DNA from: Acutalibacteraceae bacterium
Lineage (GTDB): Bacteria; Actinomycetota; Coriobacteriia; Coriobacteriales; QAMH01
DNA length: 64,000 nt
Direction: 5' to 3'
NCBI GenBank assembly: GCA_963606965.1
Contig: CAVDAL010000032.1
Span: forward strand, 25-64,024
Shown: positions 44,113 to 53,159 of the stretch, one piece after another
Numbering within the stretch: position 1 is the first letter of the stretch
Layout of the letters: every line of letters starts with the position of its first letter
Made by a program: the position numbers and the translations under genes
The notes under the pieces: model-generated
Seen by the model: the letters and a program-made list of their open reading frames with translations, nothing else
The model's database searches: none
Told to the model about the DNA's origin: nothing

Positions 44113-45633
44113 ATGAGTTATATAACTCGCACATCTAATAAAATCACATTTATATTTATGTTTGTAGCTTTGCTATTTGCATCTGTTCTTGCATTGGTAA
44201 TTGTCCCGCAGGCATTTGCTGCGCGCGATTATGGCTTTCTTTCTTCAAAATATGAATCAAGCGACAACCCATCAAGCATTGACAAAAATTCATATGTTAG
44301 TGGCCTGAGCATTCAAGAATATGGTGTTGCATATGGTGCTTATCAAATGAGCAGTGGCAATGCAGAAAATTTTGCAAAATGGCTTAAGAAAAGCAAAAAT
44401 ACAAATTATGTAAGCTGGGGTAAGTCTTTAGTTTCTGCTGGTAACAAAGATAAAAAAGATGATAGCCAAAAAGGATATTTTTGCGGCACAAACTTTGACA
44501 AAAAGTGGCGTGAAATTGCAAAGAATAATCCAAGTTCATTTTTTACAGCTCAATATCTTTATTGCTTGGAAGCTTATTATGAACCAGCACTTGCATATTG
44601 GAAAAAGGCAGAACCAGATTTTGATATAAATGATTATGGCACAGCTTTGCGTGCAACTTTATTTTCAACAGCAATCCAGCATGGTCCATATGGAAGTGCA
44701 TATTATATTTTTGCAAAAGTTTCATATGTAAAAGGCATGGCTGAAAAAGATTTAATTAAACGCATTTATGAAGAGCGTGCTCGCGTCACAAGCGTTGCTC
44801 CTGAAAAAGGTGCGACAAAAATTAAGTCAAATTCAATATCAAGAAAATATGGAATTAATGGCAAGTACCTTGCTCATTTTTATAGTTGTTCTTCTGATGC
44901 GCAAATAAGCATTTATAACAGACTTTGGAATAATGAAAAAGCGGATGCTTTGAACTATTGCCCGCATTCAAAAACAACAAAATTGGTCATTAAATATACA
45001 AAGAAAAATGACAAATATGTAAAGAAGAGCACTAACGCTACAAAGTGCTTGATATGTGGGGGAATTGCAACGGCAAGCTCTGTGAAAAATGTCAAAGTTG
45101 CATATACATATAAGGGCAGCAAGATGCTCGACCAATCTGGCACAAAAGCTACAGTCCATTCAAAGGGATATTACAAAGTTGACGCAAGCTCATTGATTGT
45201 GCGCAAAAGCGCTAAGAAAAGCTCAAAAGCAAAAGGGCTTTTATATAAAGGCAAAATTTTTAAAGTGAAAAATGTTGTTATGGGCTCCGATGGATATTAT
45301 TGGGCTCAATTTAGCGGCAAACAAGTTAAAGGATATGTGCGGATGAATTATCTTGTTCCAGTTGGAACATCTTCTGTACATTATTTTGTTAGTGGCAAGT
45401 GCAAATATTGCGGCATTACAAAGAAGAAAGCAGGATATGTTAATGCTGGCAAATATAAAGCTGCGCAAAATTTGACTATCCATAAGGCAGCATATACTGA
45501 ATCTGCAAGTGTGACAACCGTTGCAAAAGGCAAAAAAATCAAGATTGTAAAAGTTGTCAAAAACGCCTATAAAGATTATTGGGGAAAGCTTGATAAAGGC
45601 GGATATGTCGACATGTCTTTGCTGAAGAAATAG
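44113..45633 (+). CDS. secreted protein: N-terminal lysozyme-like/unknown catalytic domain plus two CxxC-SH3b-like modules
   Basis: Signal peptide ending AFAARD. The C-terminal half has two repeats of a CxxCG motif (CLICGG, CKYCG), each followed by an SH3b-like segment (GYYWAQFSG..GYVRMNYL and YKDYWGKLDKGGYVDMSLL). Confidence 0.5.
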   Translation: MSYITRTSNKITFIFMFVALLFASVLALVIVPQAFAARDYGFLSSKYESSDNPSSIDKNSYVSGLSIQEYGVAYGAYQMSSGNAENFAKWLKKSKNTNYVSWGKSLVSAGNKDKKDDSQKGYFCGTNFDKKWREIAKNNPSSFFTAQYLYCLEAYYEPALAYWKKAEPDFDINDYGTALRATLFSTAIQHGPYGSAYYIFAKVSYVKGMAEKDLIKRIYEERARVTSVAPEKGATKIKSNSISRKYGINGKYLAHFYSCSSDAQISIYNRLWNNEKADALNYCPHSKTTKLVIKYTKKNDKYVKKSTNATKCLICGGIATASSVKNVKVAYTYKGSKMLDQSGTKATVHSKGYYKVDASSLIVRKSAKKSSKAKGLLYKGKIFKVKNVVMGSDGYYWAQFSGKQVKGYVRMNYLVPVGTSSVHYFVSGKCKYCGITKKKAGYVNAGKYKAAQNLTIHKAAYTESASVTTVAKGKKIKIVKVVKNAYKDYWGKLDKGGYVDMSLLKK

Positions 45634-45693
45634 CTGCCCATCCGTGCGCAATTCCTCTAACGTGATTTTCATGCACATTTAAATATAATCTAG

Positions 45694-45722
45694 TTCAAAA
45701 TCTTTGCATAATGCGTTACAAT
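45694..45722 (+). promoter_or_regulatory. candidate promoter of rpsB-tsf
   Basis: TTCAAA (45694-45699), 17 nt, TACAAT (45717-45722). Leaves a leader of about 140 nt, relatively GC-rich. Confidence 0.35.
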
Positions 45723-45866
45723 CGGACGGCTGTGCTAATAAGGGCATAGTTAATAGCGAAACATGCAAGGGGAGCCGCCCCGCTAGTGACTTGAAGTAAG
45801 GTGCTTTAAGTTGCGGGAAGAGCTGGCGATGATCCGCGCAGAAGATTAACGAAAGAGGTTATTTTT

Positions 45867-46640
45867 ATGGCTACTACTGTATCCATCAAGACCCTGTTGG
45901 ACGCTGGTGTTCACTTCGGTCATCAAACACGCCGCTGGAATCCAAAAATGAAACCATATATTTTTGGTGAGCGCAACGGAATCTACATTCTCGATTTAAA
46001 AAAGACTCTTTATGGAATTGACGATGCTTATACTGTCGTTAAAGACTTGGCTGCTCGCGGCAAAAAAGTTTTGTTCGTAGGCACAAAGAAGCAAGCTCAA
46101 GAACCAATCAAAGAGCAGGCAGAACGCTGCGGCATGCCTTATGTCAACTTCCGCTGGATGGGCGGCATGATGACAAACTTCCAGACAATTCGCAAACGCG
46201 TAAAGCGCATGGAAGAAATCGAAGACATGAAGGAAACTGGCGTTTTTGATTCTTACAACAAGAAGGAACAGGCTAAGATCAACAAGGAACATGAAAAGTT
46301 GAAGCTTGCTTTGGGCGGCATTCGTGAAATGTATGACTTGCCAGCAGCAATTTTTGTTGTAGACACAAAGCATGAAATCAATGCTGTTCGTGAAGCTCGT
46401 CGTCTTAACATTCCAATTATTGGTTTGCTCGACACAAATGCTGATCCTGATGAAGTTGATTATGGCATTCCTGCAAATGATGACGCAATTCGTGCAATTG
46501 AACTTATGTGCACATTGATGTCAGACGCTGTTTTGGCTGGTACAGAAGCTGAAGTTAGTGTTGAAGAAATGACTGGCGAAGCTGCTGCTGAAGCACCTGC
46601 ACAGGAAGCTCAAGCTGAACAAGCAGCTACTGAAGAATAA
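45867..46640 (+). CDS. rpsB: 30S ribosomal protein S2
   Basis: [35 protein letters not shown] is the S2 signature. Acidic Ala/Glu-rich C-terminal tail. Confidence 0.95.
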   Translation: MATTVSIKTLLDAGVHFGHQTRRWNPKMKPYIFGERNGIYILDLKKTLYGIDDAYTVVKDLAARGKKVLFVGTKKQAQEPIKEQAERCGMPYVNFRWMGGMMTNFQTIRKRVKRMEEIEDMKETGVFDSYNKKEQAKINKEHEKLKLALGGIREMYDLPAAIFVVDTKHEINAVREARRLNIPIIGLLDTNADPDEVDYGIPANDDAIRAIELMCTLMSDAVLAGTEAEVSVEEMTGEAAAEAPAQEAQAEQAATEE

Positions 46641-46667
46641 GACAAAGCTTTAAAAGGAGGCAAACAA

Positions 46668-47543
46668 ATGGCTAACATTACCGCTGCTTTGGTAAAGGAA
46701 CTGCGCGAAATTACTGGCGCAGGCATGATGGAGTGCAAAAAGGCGCTCGTCGAAGTTGAAGGCGAAATTGAAAAGGCAGTTGACGTTTTGCGTTCTAAGG
46801 GCTTAGCAGCTGCTGCAAAGAAGGCAGGTCGTGCAACTAATGAAGGTCGCGTAACTGCTCTTGTTTGCGCTGGCGACCCTAAGAAGGGTGCTGTTGCAGA
46901 GATTAACTGTGAAACAGACTTTGTTGCAATCAATGACAAATTCGCTGAATATTGCGACACATTCACACGCGCAATTGTTATGAACAACCCTGCAGACGTT
47001 GATGCCTTGCTTGAATCTGAATACAATGATGAAAAGGTTTCAGACATTTTGACTGACGCTATTCACGTTATTGGTGAAAACATGAAGATTGCTCGCTTCG
47101 AGCGTCTTGAAGTTGAAGGCACTGGCGCATTGGTCAGCTATGTTCATATGAATGGCAAAATTGGTGTTTTGGTTGCATTTTCTTGCGAAGATGAAGCAAC
47201 AACAACTAAGGACGAATTCCAAGCAATGGGCAAGGATGTTGCAATGCAGATTGCTGCAACAAATCCTGTTGCTTTGGATGAAGCAAGTGTTCCTGCAGAT
47301 GTTGCTGCTCATGAGCTTGAAATTTATAAGGCACAAGCTGCTGAATCTGGCAAACCAGAAAACATTCAGCAGAAAATTGCTGAAGGCCGCATGAAGAAGT
47401 TCTACAAAGAAAGCTGCTTGACTCAGCAAGACTTTGTTAAAGATCCAGACATGACAGTCGAACAATATGTAAACAAGTGCGCTAAAGAAATGGGCGACAA
47501 AATCAAGATCGTTGAGTTTGCTCGCATGGCTTTAGGCGAATAA
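46668..47543 (+). CDS. tsf: translation elongation factor Ts
   Basis: ITAALVKELREITGAGMMECKKAL UBA-like N-terminus and the EF-Ts core. Immediately follows rpsB. Confidence 0.95.
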   Translation: MANITAALVKELREITGAGMMECKKALVEVEGEIEKAVDVLRSKGLAAAAKKAGRATNEGRVTALVCAGDPKKGAVAEINCETDFVAINDKFAEYCDTFTRAIVMNNPADVDALLESEYNDEKVSDILTDAIHVIGENMKIARFERLEVEGTGALVSYVHMNGKIGVLVAFSCEDEATTTKDEFQAMGKDVAMQIAATNPVALDEASVPADVAAHELEIYKAQAAESGKPENIQQKIAEGRMKKFYKESCLTQQDFVKDPDMTVEQYVNKCAKEMGDKIKIVEFARMALGE

Positions 47544-47564
47544 TTTTATTCCGCACATAAAAGT

Positions 47565-47603
47565 GGAGCCAGGGGGCACATGCTCGCTGGCTCCTTATTT
47601 TTT
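47565..47603 (+). terminator. rho-independent terminator after tsf, abutting the gltX ribosome-binding site
   Basis: GGAGCCAG / CTGGCTCC stem with a 14-nt loop, then TTATTTTTT. The gltX SD CAGGAGAA starts right after the T-tract. Confidence 0.7.
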
Positions 47604-47615
47604 CAGGAGAAAAAT

Positions 47616-49067
47616 ATGTCAGATGTTAGAGTTCGTTTTGCACCATCACCAACTGGCAAGTTGCACATTGGTGGCGCAAGGACGGCAATTTATAATTGGG
47701 CTTTTGCTCGTGCTATGGGTGGCAAATTTATTTTGCGTATTGAAGATACAGATCCAGAACGCTCAACACAGGAAAATGTTGATTTGATTTTGCGTGCCAT
47801 GCGTTGGCTTGGTCTTGATTGGGATGAAGGTCCAGAAGTTGGTGGCGATTTTGGCCCATATTTTCAAACACAGCGCAATGAAAGCTATAACCAAGCTTTG
47901 CAAAAGCTAATTGAATCTGGAGCAGCTTACCCTTGTTTCTGCACGGCGGATGAAAATGCAGCACGTCGCGATGCAATTCAAAAAGAAGGTCACATAATTC
48001 ATGACGCATGTCGTTCGCTTTCACCTGAAGAAGCAAAAGCAAAAATTGAAGCAGGGGAGCCTCATGTTTGGCGACTTGCTGTTCCGCAAGACAGAGGAAT
48101 GATTACTGTTCATGATCTTGTTCATGGCGATGTTGATTTTGATGCTGCTTTGCAAGATGACATGATTATTGTTCGAAGCGATGGCAGCCCGACTTATAAT
48201 TTTGCTGTTGTTTGCGATGATGTGAATATGAAGATGACTCATATCATTCGTGGTGATGACCATTTTTCAAACACTCCGCGCCAGATTCTTGTTTATGAAG
48301 CTTTGGGTTATCCAACTCCAACTTTTGTTCACATTCCAATGATTTGCGGTGAAGATGGCAAGAAGCTTTCAAAGCGCCATGGTGCTGCAAGTGTTGAAGA
48401 ATATGCTGAGCTTGGATATTTGCCAGACGCATTATTCAATTATCTTGCTTTGCTTGGCTGGGCTCCAGATGGTGAAACAACAATCTTTAGTCGCAGTGAA
48501 ATGACAAAAGTTTTTTCACTTGAACATTTGAGCAAAAACCCAAGTTCGCTTGATTTGAAGAAGCTCAATTGGATTAACAATCAATACATTCGCGCCCTTG
48601 GCGCAGATGAATTTGCAGATGCAATTATCCCAATGCTTGAGGAAGCTGGATTTGATGTTGCGAGCCAGCGCGACCGCATTAAAGAAATGTATCCGCTTGT
48701 TTATGAGCGCATTAATTTGATGAATGAAGCAGTGCCCATGCTTCGTTATTTCTTTGTTGATGAACCTGAATATGATGAAGCAAGCGTTAAAAAGAATTTG
48801 CAAAAGGAAGGCGCTGGCGCAAAGAAAGTTTTAGAGGCTGCAATTGAAGCTTTGAAGTCTTGCGACTGGACTTTAGATGCCATAACGCAAGCTTTGCAAG
48901 CTTTGCCAGCTGCGCTAGAGATGAAGCCTCGTGTAATCTTTCAGCCAATGCGAGTTGCTTTAACAGGCAACCAAGTTAGCCCGCCGCTTTTTGAATCTAT
49001 TGTTCTGTTTGAGCAGGATGAAGTTTTAAAGCGCTTTGAAAAAGCAGCTTCTATTGCTTGTGACTAA
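47616..49067 (+). CDS. gltX: glutamate--tRNA ligase
   Basis: RVRFAPSPTGKLHIGGARTA (HIGH) and KLSKRHGA (KMSKS). Starts at the ATG at 47616; the track start at 47580 lies inside the terminator hairpin. Confidence 0.9.
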   Translation: MSDVRVRFAPSPTGKLHIGGARTAIYNWAFARAMGGKFILRIEDTDPERSTQENVDLILRAMRWLGLDWDEGPEVGGDFGPYFQTQRNESYNQALQKLIESGAAYPCFCTADENAARRDAIQKEGHIIHDACRSLSPEEAKAKIEAGEPHVWRLAVPQDRGMITVHDLVHGDVDFDAALQDDMIIVRSDGSPTYNFAVVCDDVNMKMTHIIRGDDHFSNTPRQILVYEALGYPTPTFVHIPMICGEDGKKLSKRHGAASVEEYAELGYLPDALFNYLALLGWAPDGETTIFSRSEMTKVFSLEHLSKNPSSLDLKKLNWINNQYIRALGADEFADAIIPMLEEAGFDVASQRDRIKEMYPLVYERINLMNEAVPMLRYFFVDEPEYDEASVKKNLQKEGAGAKKVLEAAIEALKSCDWTLDAITQALQALPAALEMKPRVIFQPMRVALTGNQVSPPLFESIVLFEQDEVLKRFEKAASIACD

Positions 49068-49106
49068 ACAGATTTTTAGTTATAGAACAAAAAGTGTGTC
49101 TTGCTT

Positions 49107-49138
49107 CGGGCGTTGACGCAGGTCAACGCCCGTTTTTT
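49107..49138. terminator. terminator shared by convergent gltX and aroQ
   Basis: 11-bp stem CGGGCGTTGAC / GTCAACGCCCG with a GCAG loop, then TTTTTT on the plus strand. Overlaps the aroQ stop codon. Confidence 0.75.
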
Positions 49139-49568
49139 ATGCAAAAAATTCAAGCGCACACTTGTAGCCTTCAAAGTCTTTGCCACTAATTGTTTTTTCA
49201 GCATATATTGAAACATAAGAAGTTTTACGAAAGTCTTCTCTGTTGAAAATATCTGACAAGTGAACTTCAACTGTTGGGATTGCAACAGCTGCTAAAGCAT
49301 CTAAAATTGCGATTGATGTGTGAGTATATGCAGCAGGGTTGATTATTATCCCATCAAACTTTTTATATGCATCTTGAATTTTGTCAACAATTTCACCTTC
49401 ATGATTCGATTGAAAAAGCTCAACTTCTAAATTCAAACTTGCAGCTTGTTCTTTGATATATGTGCAAAGCGCATTAAAGTCAGACGTGCCATATGTTTTT
49501 GGTTCGCGAATTCCAAGCATATTCATATTTGGCCCATTGATTACTAAAATCTTTTTTTGGTTTGGCAT
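49137..49568 (-). CDS. aroQ: type II 3-dehydroquinate dehydratase
   Basis: KILVINGPNMNMLGIREPKTYG...NPAAYTHTSIAILDA are type II DHQase signatures. SD GGAGG precedes the ATG at 49568. Confidence 0.85.
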   Translation of the reverse strand: MPNQKKILVINGPNMNMLGIREPKTYGTSDFNALCTYIKEQAASLNLEVELFQSNHEGEIVDKIQDAYKKFDGIIINPAAYTHTSIAILDALAAVAIPTVEVHLSDIFNREDFRKTSYVSIYAEKTISGKDFEGYKCALEFFA

Positions 49569-49569
49569 A

Positions 49570-50340
49570 TCAAAAGCCTCCATTTTCAATTTGCTGCAGT
49601 GCCCAGCTGTATACTTCCATAATTTTATCTTGCGATATTTCAATATCAAAGAATAATTCTTCAGCTTTTGCAGCCTGCGCAACAAGCATTAAAAGTCCAT
49701 TGAAGCATGCAATTCCGTGTTTGTGTGCGTCTTGCAATAATTTTGTTTGCAGTGGGTTATAAATAAGATCAAATACAGCTTCAAGCTGCGGGAAGTTGCA
49801 AATATCAATTAAAGATGAATCAATATTTGGAAACATCCCAACCGGCGTTGCATTTACAATAATTTGTGCGTCGCTATGTTGTTGCAGATTGTTGTAATTA
49901 ACTTCACCGCTGCGTGAAACAATAATAATGTTAGAAGCTTTATGTTTTTCAAGAATAGCTTTTATGATTGGAGTGCTGCCGCCATTACCAAGAATCAGCG
50001 CCTTCTTGCCAGTGATATCAACATTTGATTTTTTCACAAGCATGTTAAAACCAAAAATATCAGTGTTGTAGCCATGCAGAGTTCCATCGCTTTTGCAGAT
50101 GATTGTATTAATACTTCCAAGTGCGGATGCTTCTTCAGAAATAGAATCAATATATGCGGTGACGCTTTTCTTATAAGGAATAGTCACATTTATTCCTCTG
50201 AAGTTTTTATTTTGGAAAAAATTCTTTAACTTGTCTGGCTCAATACAGATAAGTTCATAATTACTGCACCCAAATGCTTTATGGATTTGCGGTGAATAGC
50301 TGTGACTTAATTGCCGTCCAAGTAATCCAAAGCTAGGCAT
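49570..50340 (-). CDS. aroE: shikimate dehydrogenase
   Basis: SHSYSPQIHK, NVTIPYKKSV, the NTD motif (YNTDIFGF) and the GNGGS Rossmann loop. Confidence 0.8.
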   Translation of the reverse strand: MPSFGLLGRQLSHSYSPQIHKAFGCSNYELICIEPDKLKNFFQNKNFRGINVTIPYKKSVTAYIDSISEEASALGSINTIICKSDGTLHGYNTDIFGFNMLVKKSNVDITGKKALILGNGGSTPIIKAILEKHKASNIIIVSRSGEVNYNNLQQHSDAQIIVNATPVGMFPNIDSSLIDICNFPQLEAVFDLIYNPLQTKLLQDAHKHGIACFNGLLMLVAQAAKAEELFFDIEISQDKIMEVYSWALQQIENGGF

Positions 50341-50626
50341 TGTTAAGTCCTGAACTCTGCAAGTTACCCATTGTATCTTTTTGATATTTTTTTGACTCGT
50401 CCATGATGTGCTTATAAACTTCGCTTATGTATGGCGCAAGCTCAGTGCCAGCACATTTGCATATATCATCTAGTTTTTGTTCTTCACGAGACTCATCTAA
50501 AATTGCTAGATTGTTTTGCATTTTATAGTTGGCGACTTCACTGCAGAAAGCAAAGCGCTTGCAAAGAAGCTGAACTATTTCTTCATCAATTTCATCAATA
50601 TTTTTTCGTATGTTTTTTAAATCCAT
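50333..50626 (-). CDS. chorismate mutase (AroQ-class, CM_2)
   Basis: 97-aa helical protein. LKNIRKNIDEIDEEIVQLLCKRF...ESREEQ is the typical CM_2 pattern. Embedded in the aro operon. Confidence 0.7.
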   Translation of the reverse strand: MDLKNIRKNIDEIDEEIVQLLCKRFAFCSEVANYKMQNNLAILDESREEQKLDDICKCAGTELAPYISEVYKHIMDESKKYQKDTMGNLQSSGLNNA

Positions 50627-50666
50627 TTTGCATCCTTTTATTTCTTAAAGAATAGCATAATGCAAA

Positions 50667-51755
50667 TTAGTCGCTTTGAGCATCATAAAGCGCATCAAGA
50701 ATTGCAATGGCACATGCAGCTTCAACAACAGGGACAGCTCTTGGAACAATGCAAGGGTCATGTCTGCCGCTAATCGTGAGTTTTGTATTTTGCATTGTTT
50801 TAAGGTTGACGCTTTCTTGTTCAATAGAAATTGAAGGAGTTGGTTTAATTGCAACTCTAAAAATAATTGGCATACCTGAGGCTATTCCACCAAGTATCCC
50901 GCCATGATTGTTTGTTTTTGTAATTATCTTGCCATCATCATTTATGTGGAACTGGTCATTATGTTTGCTGCCATGCATTTGTGCAGCTTCAAAGCCTGCG
51001 CCAAATTCTATGCCGCGAACAGCAGGGATTCCAAAAATGATAGAGCTTATGCTGCTTTCAAGACTATCTGTTAAAGGTCCGCCAATGCCAGCTGCTACAT
51101 TCAATGCAACACATTCAATAATGCCGCCAACAGAATCACCTTCAGCTGCTGCATTTTCAATTTCAGCCTTCATGGCATTGCGAATATCTTCACCATTAGC
51201 GGGGAAGTCATATGTTTTTACTTCTTCCAAATTTCCTTTAGTGAAGATTCCATCGCTAAATTTATTGCCACAAACAGTGCCAATTTGTGTGATGTGGGCA
51301 GCAATTGTAATTCCGTAAGTTTCAAGGATCTGTAAACAAATGCCACCAAGAATGCAAAGAGGGGCTGTCATTCTTCCAGAAAAAGGACCACCGCCAGACA
51401 TATTAATGCTACTGCCATATTTTATGTGTGCTGTGTAATCTGCATGTGATGGTCGCGGAATGCTTAAATCATAATCTTGCGAGCGAATATCATTATTCTT
51501 GATTATTGCACGCAGCTTTTCTCCATCAAGCACGTCATCAGAAATCCCACTTTCAAATATAGGAATGTCATTTTCTTTGCGCTTGCTTGACCATTCATTT
51601 TGTCCGGGCGATCTGCGATTCATAAAAGATTGCAGTTTGTCTATTGAAATTTTTGAGCCAGCTTTTAAACCCGTTGCTTCAATTCCAATTTCTTCTTCAT
51701 GGGAGCCGCCAAAAATTGTATAGCTAATTTTTTTGCCATTATATGTTGTCTGCAT
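50667..51755 (-). CDS. aroC: chorismate synthase
   Basis: FGGSHEEEIG, RPSHADYTAHIKYG, GRHDPCIVPRAVPV signatures. Confidence 0.9.
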   Translation of the reverse strand: MQTTYNGKKISYTIFGGSHEEEIGIEATGLKAGSKISIDKLQSFMNRRSPGQNEWSSKRKENDIPIFESGISDDVLDGEKLRAIIKNNDIRSQDYDLSIPRPSHADYTAHIKYGSSINMSGGGPFSGRMTAPLCILGGICLQILETYGITIAAHITQIGTVCGNKFSDGIFTKGNLEEVKTYDFPANGEDIRNAMKAEIENAAAEGDSVGGIIECVALNVAAGIGGPLTDSLESSISSIIFGIPAVRGIEFGAGFEAAQMHGSKHNDQFHINDDGKIITKTNNHGGILGGIASGMPIIFRVAIKPTPSISIEQESVNLKTMQNTKLTISGRHDPCIVPRAVPVVEAACAIAILDALYDAQSD

Positions 51756-51758
51756 TAT

Positions 51759-53147
51759 TTAAGCTCCCTTGACCTTGCCACCAAGAATCGCAAAGTCATC
51801 AAAAAATGATGGATAAGATTTGCTTACTGCACTTGCATTTATGATTGTAACAGGTTCATCGCATAAAATTGATGCGCATGCTGCCATCATTGCAATGCGG
51901 TGGTCGTTGTATGAATCAATGCATGCTCCATGCATCTTCGCTTTTCCATAAATAACAAGCTCATCATCATTTTCAATATCAAGCTTTGCGCCAAGTTTGT
52001 CAAGCGCTTCGCATATTGCTTCAAGTCTGTCAGACTCCTTTAAGCGCAATCTGCCAACATTATGAATGTGTGTTGTGCCTTCTGCTGCGCATGCGACTAA
52101 AGCAATTGCAGGAACAAGATCTGGAATATCTGCAGCATCTAAATCAATAGCGCGCAAGCTGCCGCCTTGTGGTTTTTGTACTGTGATTTTGCAATATTTA
52201 TCTTTTGTGTGCAGATTGATTTCTGCTCCAAATTGCTTCAAAATCCAAATGATTTTTTCATCACCTTGAAGGCTTGTTATTGAGTTGGCTGACTTATTGA
52301 TTATTAGCCTGTTGTCATTGCCAATTTTGCAGACAATAGCATCGTTGGGGCAAAGCAAGTTCAAACCATTTTTGCTTATTGCACCAGCGCAAAGCCAAAA
52401 AGCTCTATTTGACCAATCGAGTTCTGTGCTGACTTCATAGTCATCAAACATTCCATATTTCCCTGCAACAATAAATTCATTTTCGCTGGTAGTAATATTG
52501 ATGCCAAAGCAGCGCATTGCCACAACTGTCATATTTATATATGGCTTTGATTCTGTCTTGCTATAAATTTTTAAGCAGCTTTTACCAAGAAGGGGAAGAG
52601 CTAGCAAAATTCCGCTAATAAATTGCGAAGACTCGGTAGACTCAAGATTAAATGTGCCTCCACTAATCTTTCCTGTGCAATGCAATTTTGTTTTGTCTTC
52701 TTTATCCCAGTAAATGTTTGCTCCATGATTTTTAAGCTCATCAATAAGTGGTTGTATGGGGCGTTCGCTCAAACGCTTGCTCAAATTAAAAGTGCAATTA
52801 ATTCCAAGAGCGCAAACAACTGGCAGCAAAAAGCGAAAAGTTGAACCTGATTCACCAACATTTAATTCTGCATAATCAATAAGCTTAGTTCTATCTATTG
52901 GAGTTACTGCAAAACCATCAGAGCTTTGCTTAATTTTTGCACCAAGCGCATTCAAACATTGCACAGTTGCAAATACATCTTTAGCCTGCGTTTTGCAAAT
53001 GATACGCGTTGTGTATTCAGATAAAGCAGCGCAGATTAAAAATCTGTGTAATTCCGATTTTGATGCAAGTTCATAATTTAGCGTTCCGCCAAAATTTTTT
53101 GCAGAAACTTCAATTGCATCATTATGTGTCCTTGCTGGCTTGTCCAT
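51759..53147 (-). CDS. aroA: 3-phosphoshikimate 1-carboxyvinyltransferase (EPSP synthase)
   Basis: SKSELHRFLICAAL, ESGSTFRFLLP, LRLKESDRL and a YNDHRIAMM-type block. Start is ATG 53147, or TTG 53159 directly after the aroB stop. Confidence 0.85.
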   Translation of the reverse strand: MDKPARTHNDAIEVSAKNFGGTLNYELASKSELHRFLICAALSEYTTRIICKTQAKDVFATVQCLNALGAKIKQSSDGFAVTPIDRTKLIDYAELNVGESGSTFRFLLPVVCALGINCTFNLSKRLSERPIQPLIDELKNHGANIYWDKEDKTKLHCTGKISGGTFNLESTESSQFISGILLALPLLGKSCLKIYSKTESKPYINMTVVAMRCFGINITTSENEFIVAGKYGMFDDYEVSTELDWSNRAFWLCAGAISKNGLNLLCPNDAIVCKIGNDNRLIINKSANSITSLQGDEKIIWILKQFGAEINLHTKDKYCKITVQKPQGGSLRAIDLDAADIPDLVPAIALVACAAEGTTHIHNVGRLRLKESDRLEAICEALDKLGAKLDIENDDELVIYGKAKMHGACIDSYNDHRIAMMAACASILCDEPVTIINASAVSKSYPSFFDDFAILGGKVKGA

Positions 53148-53159
53148 TTTTTCCCGCAA

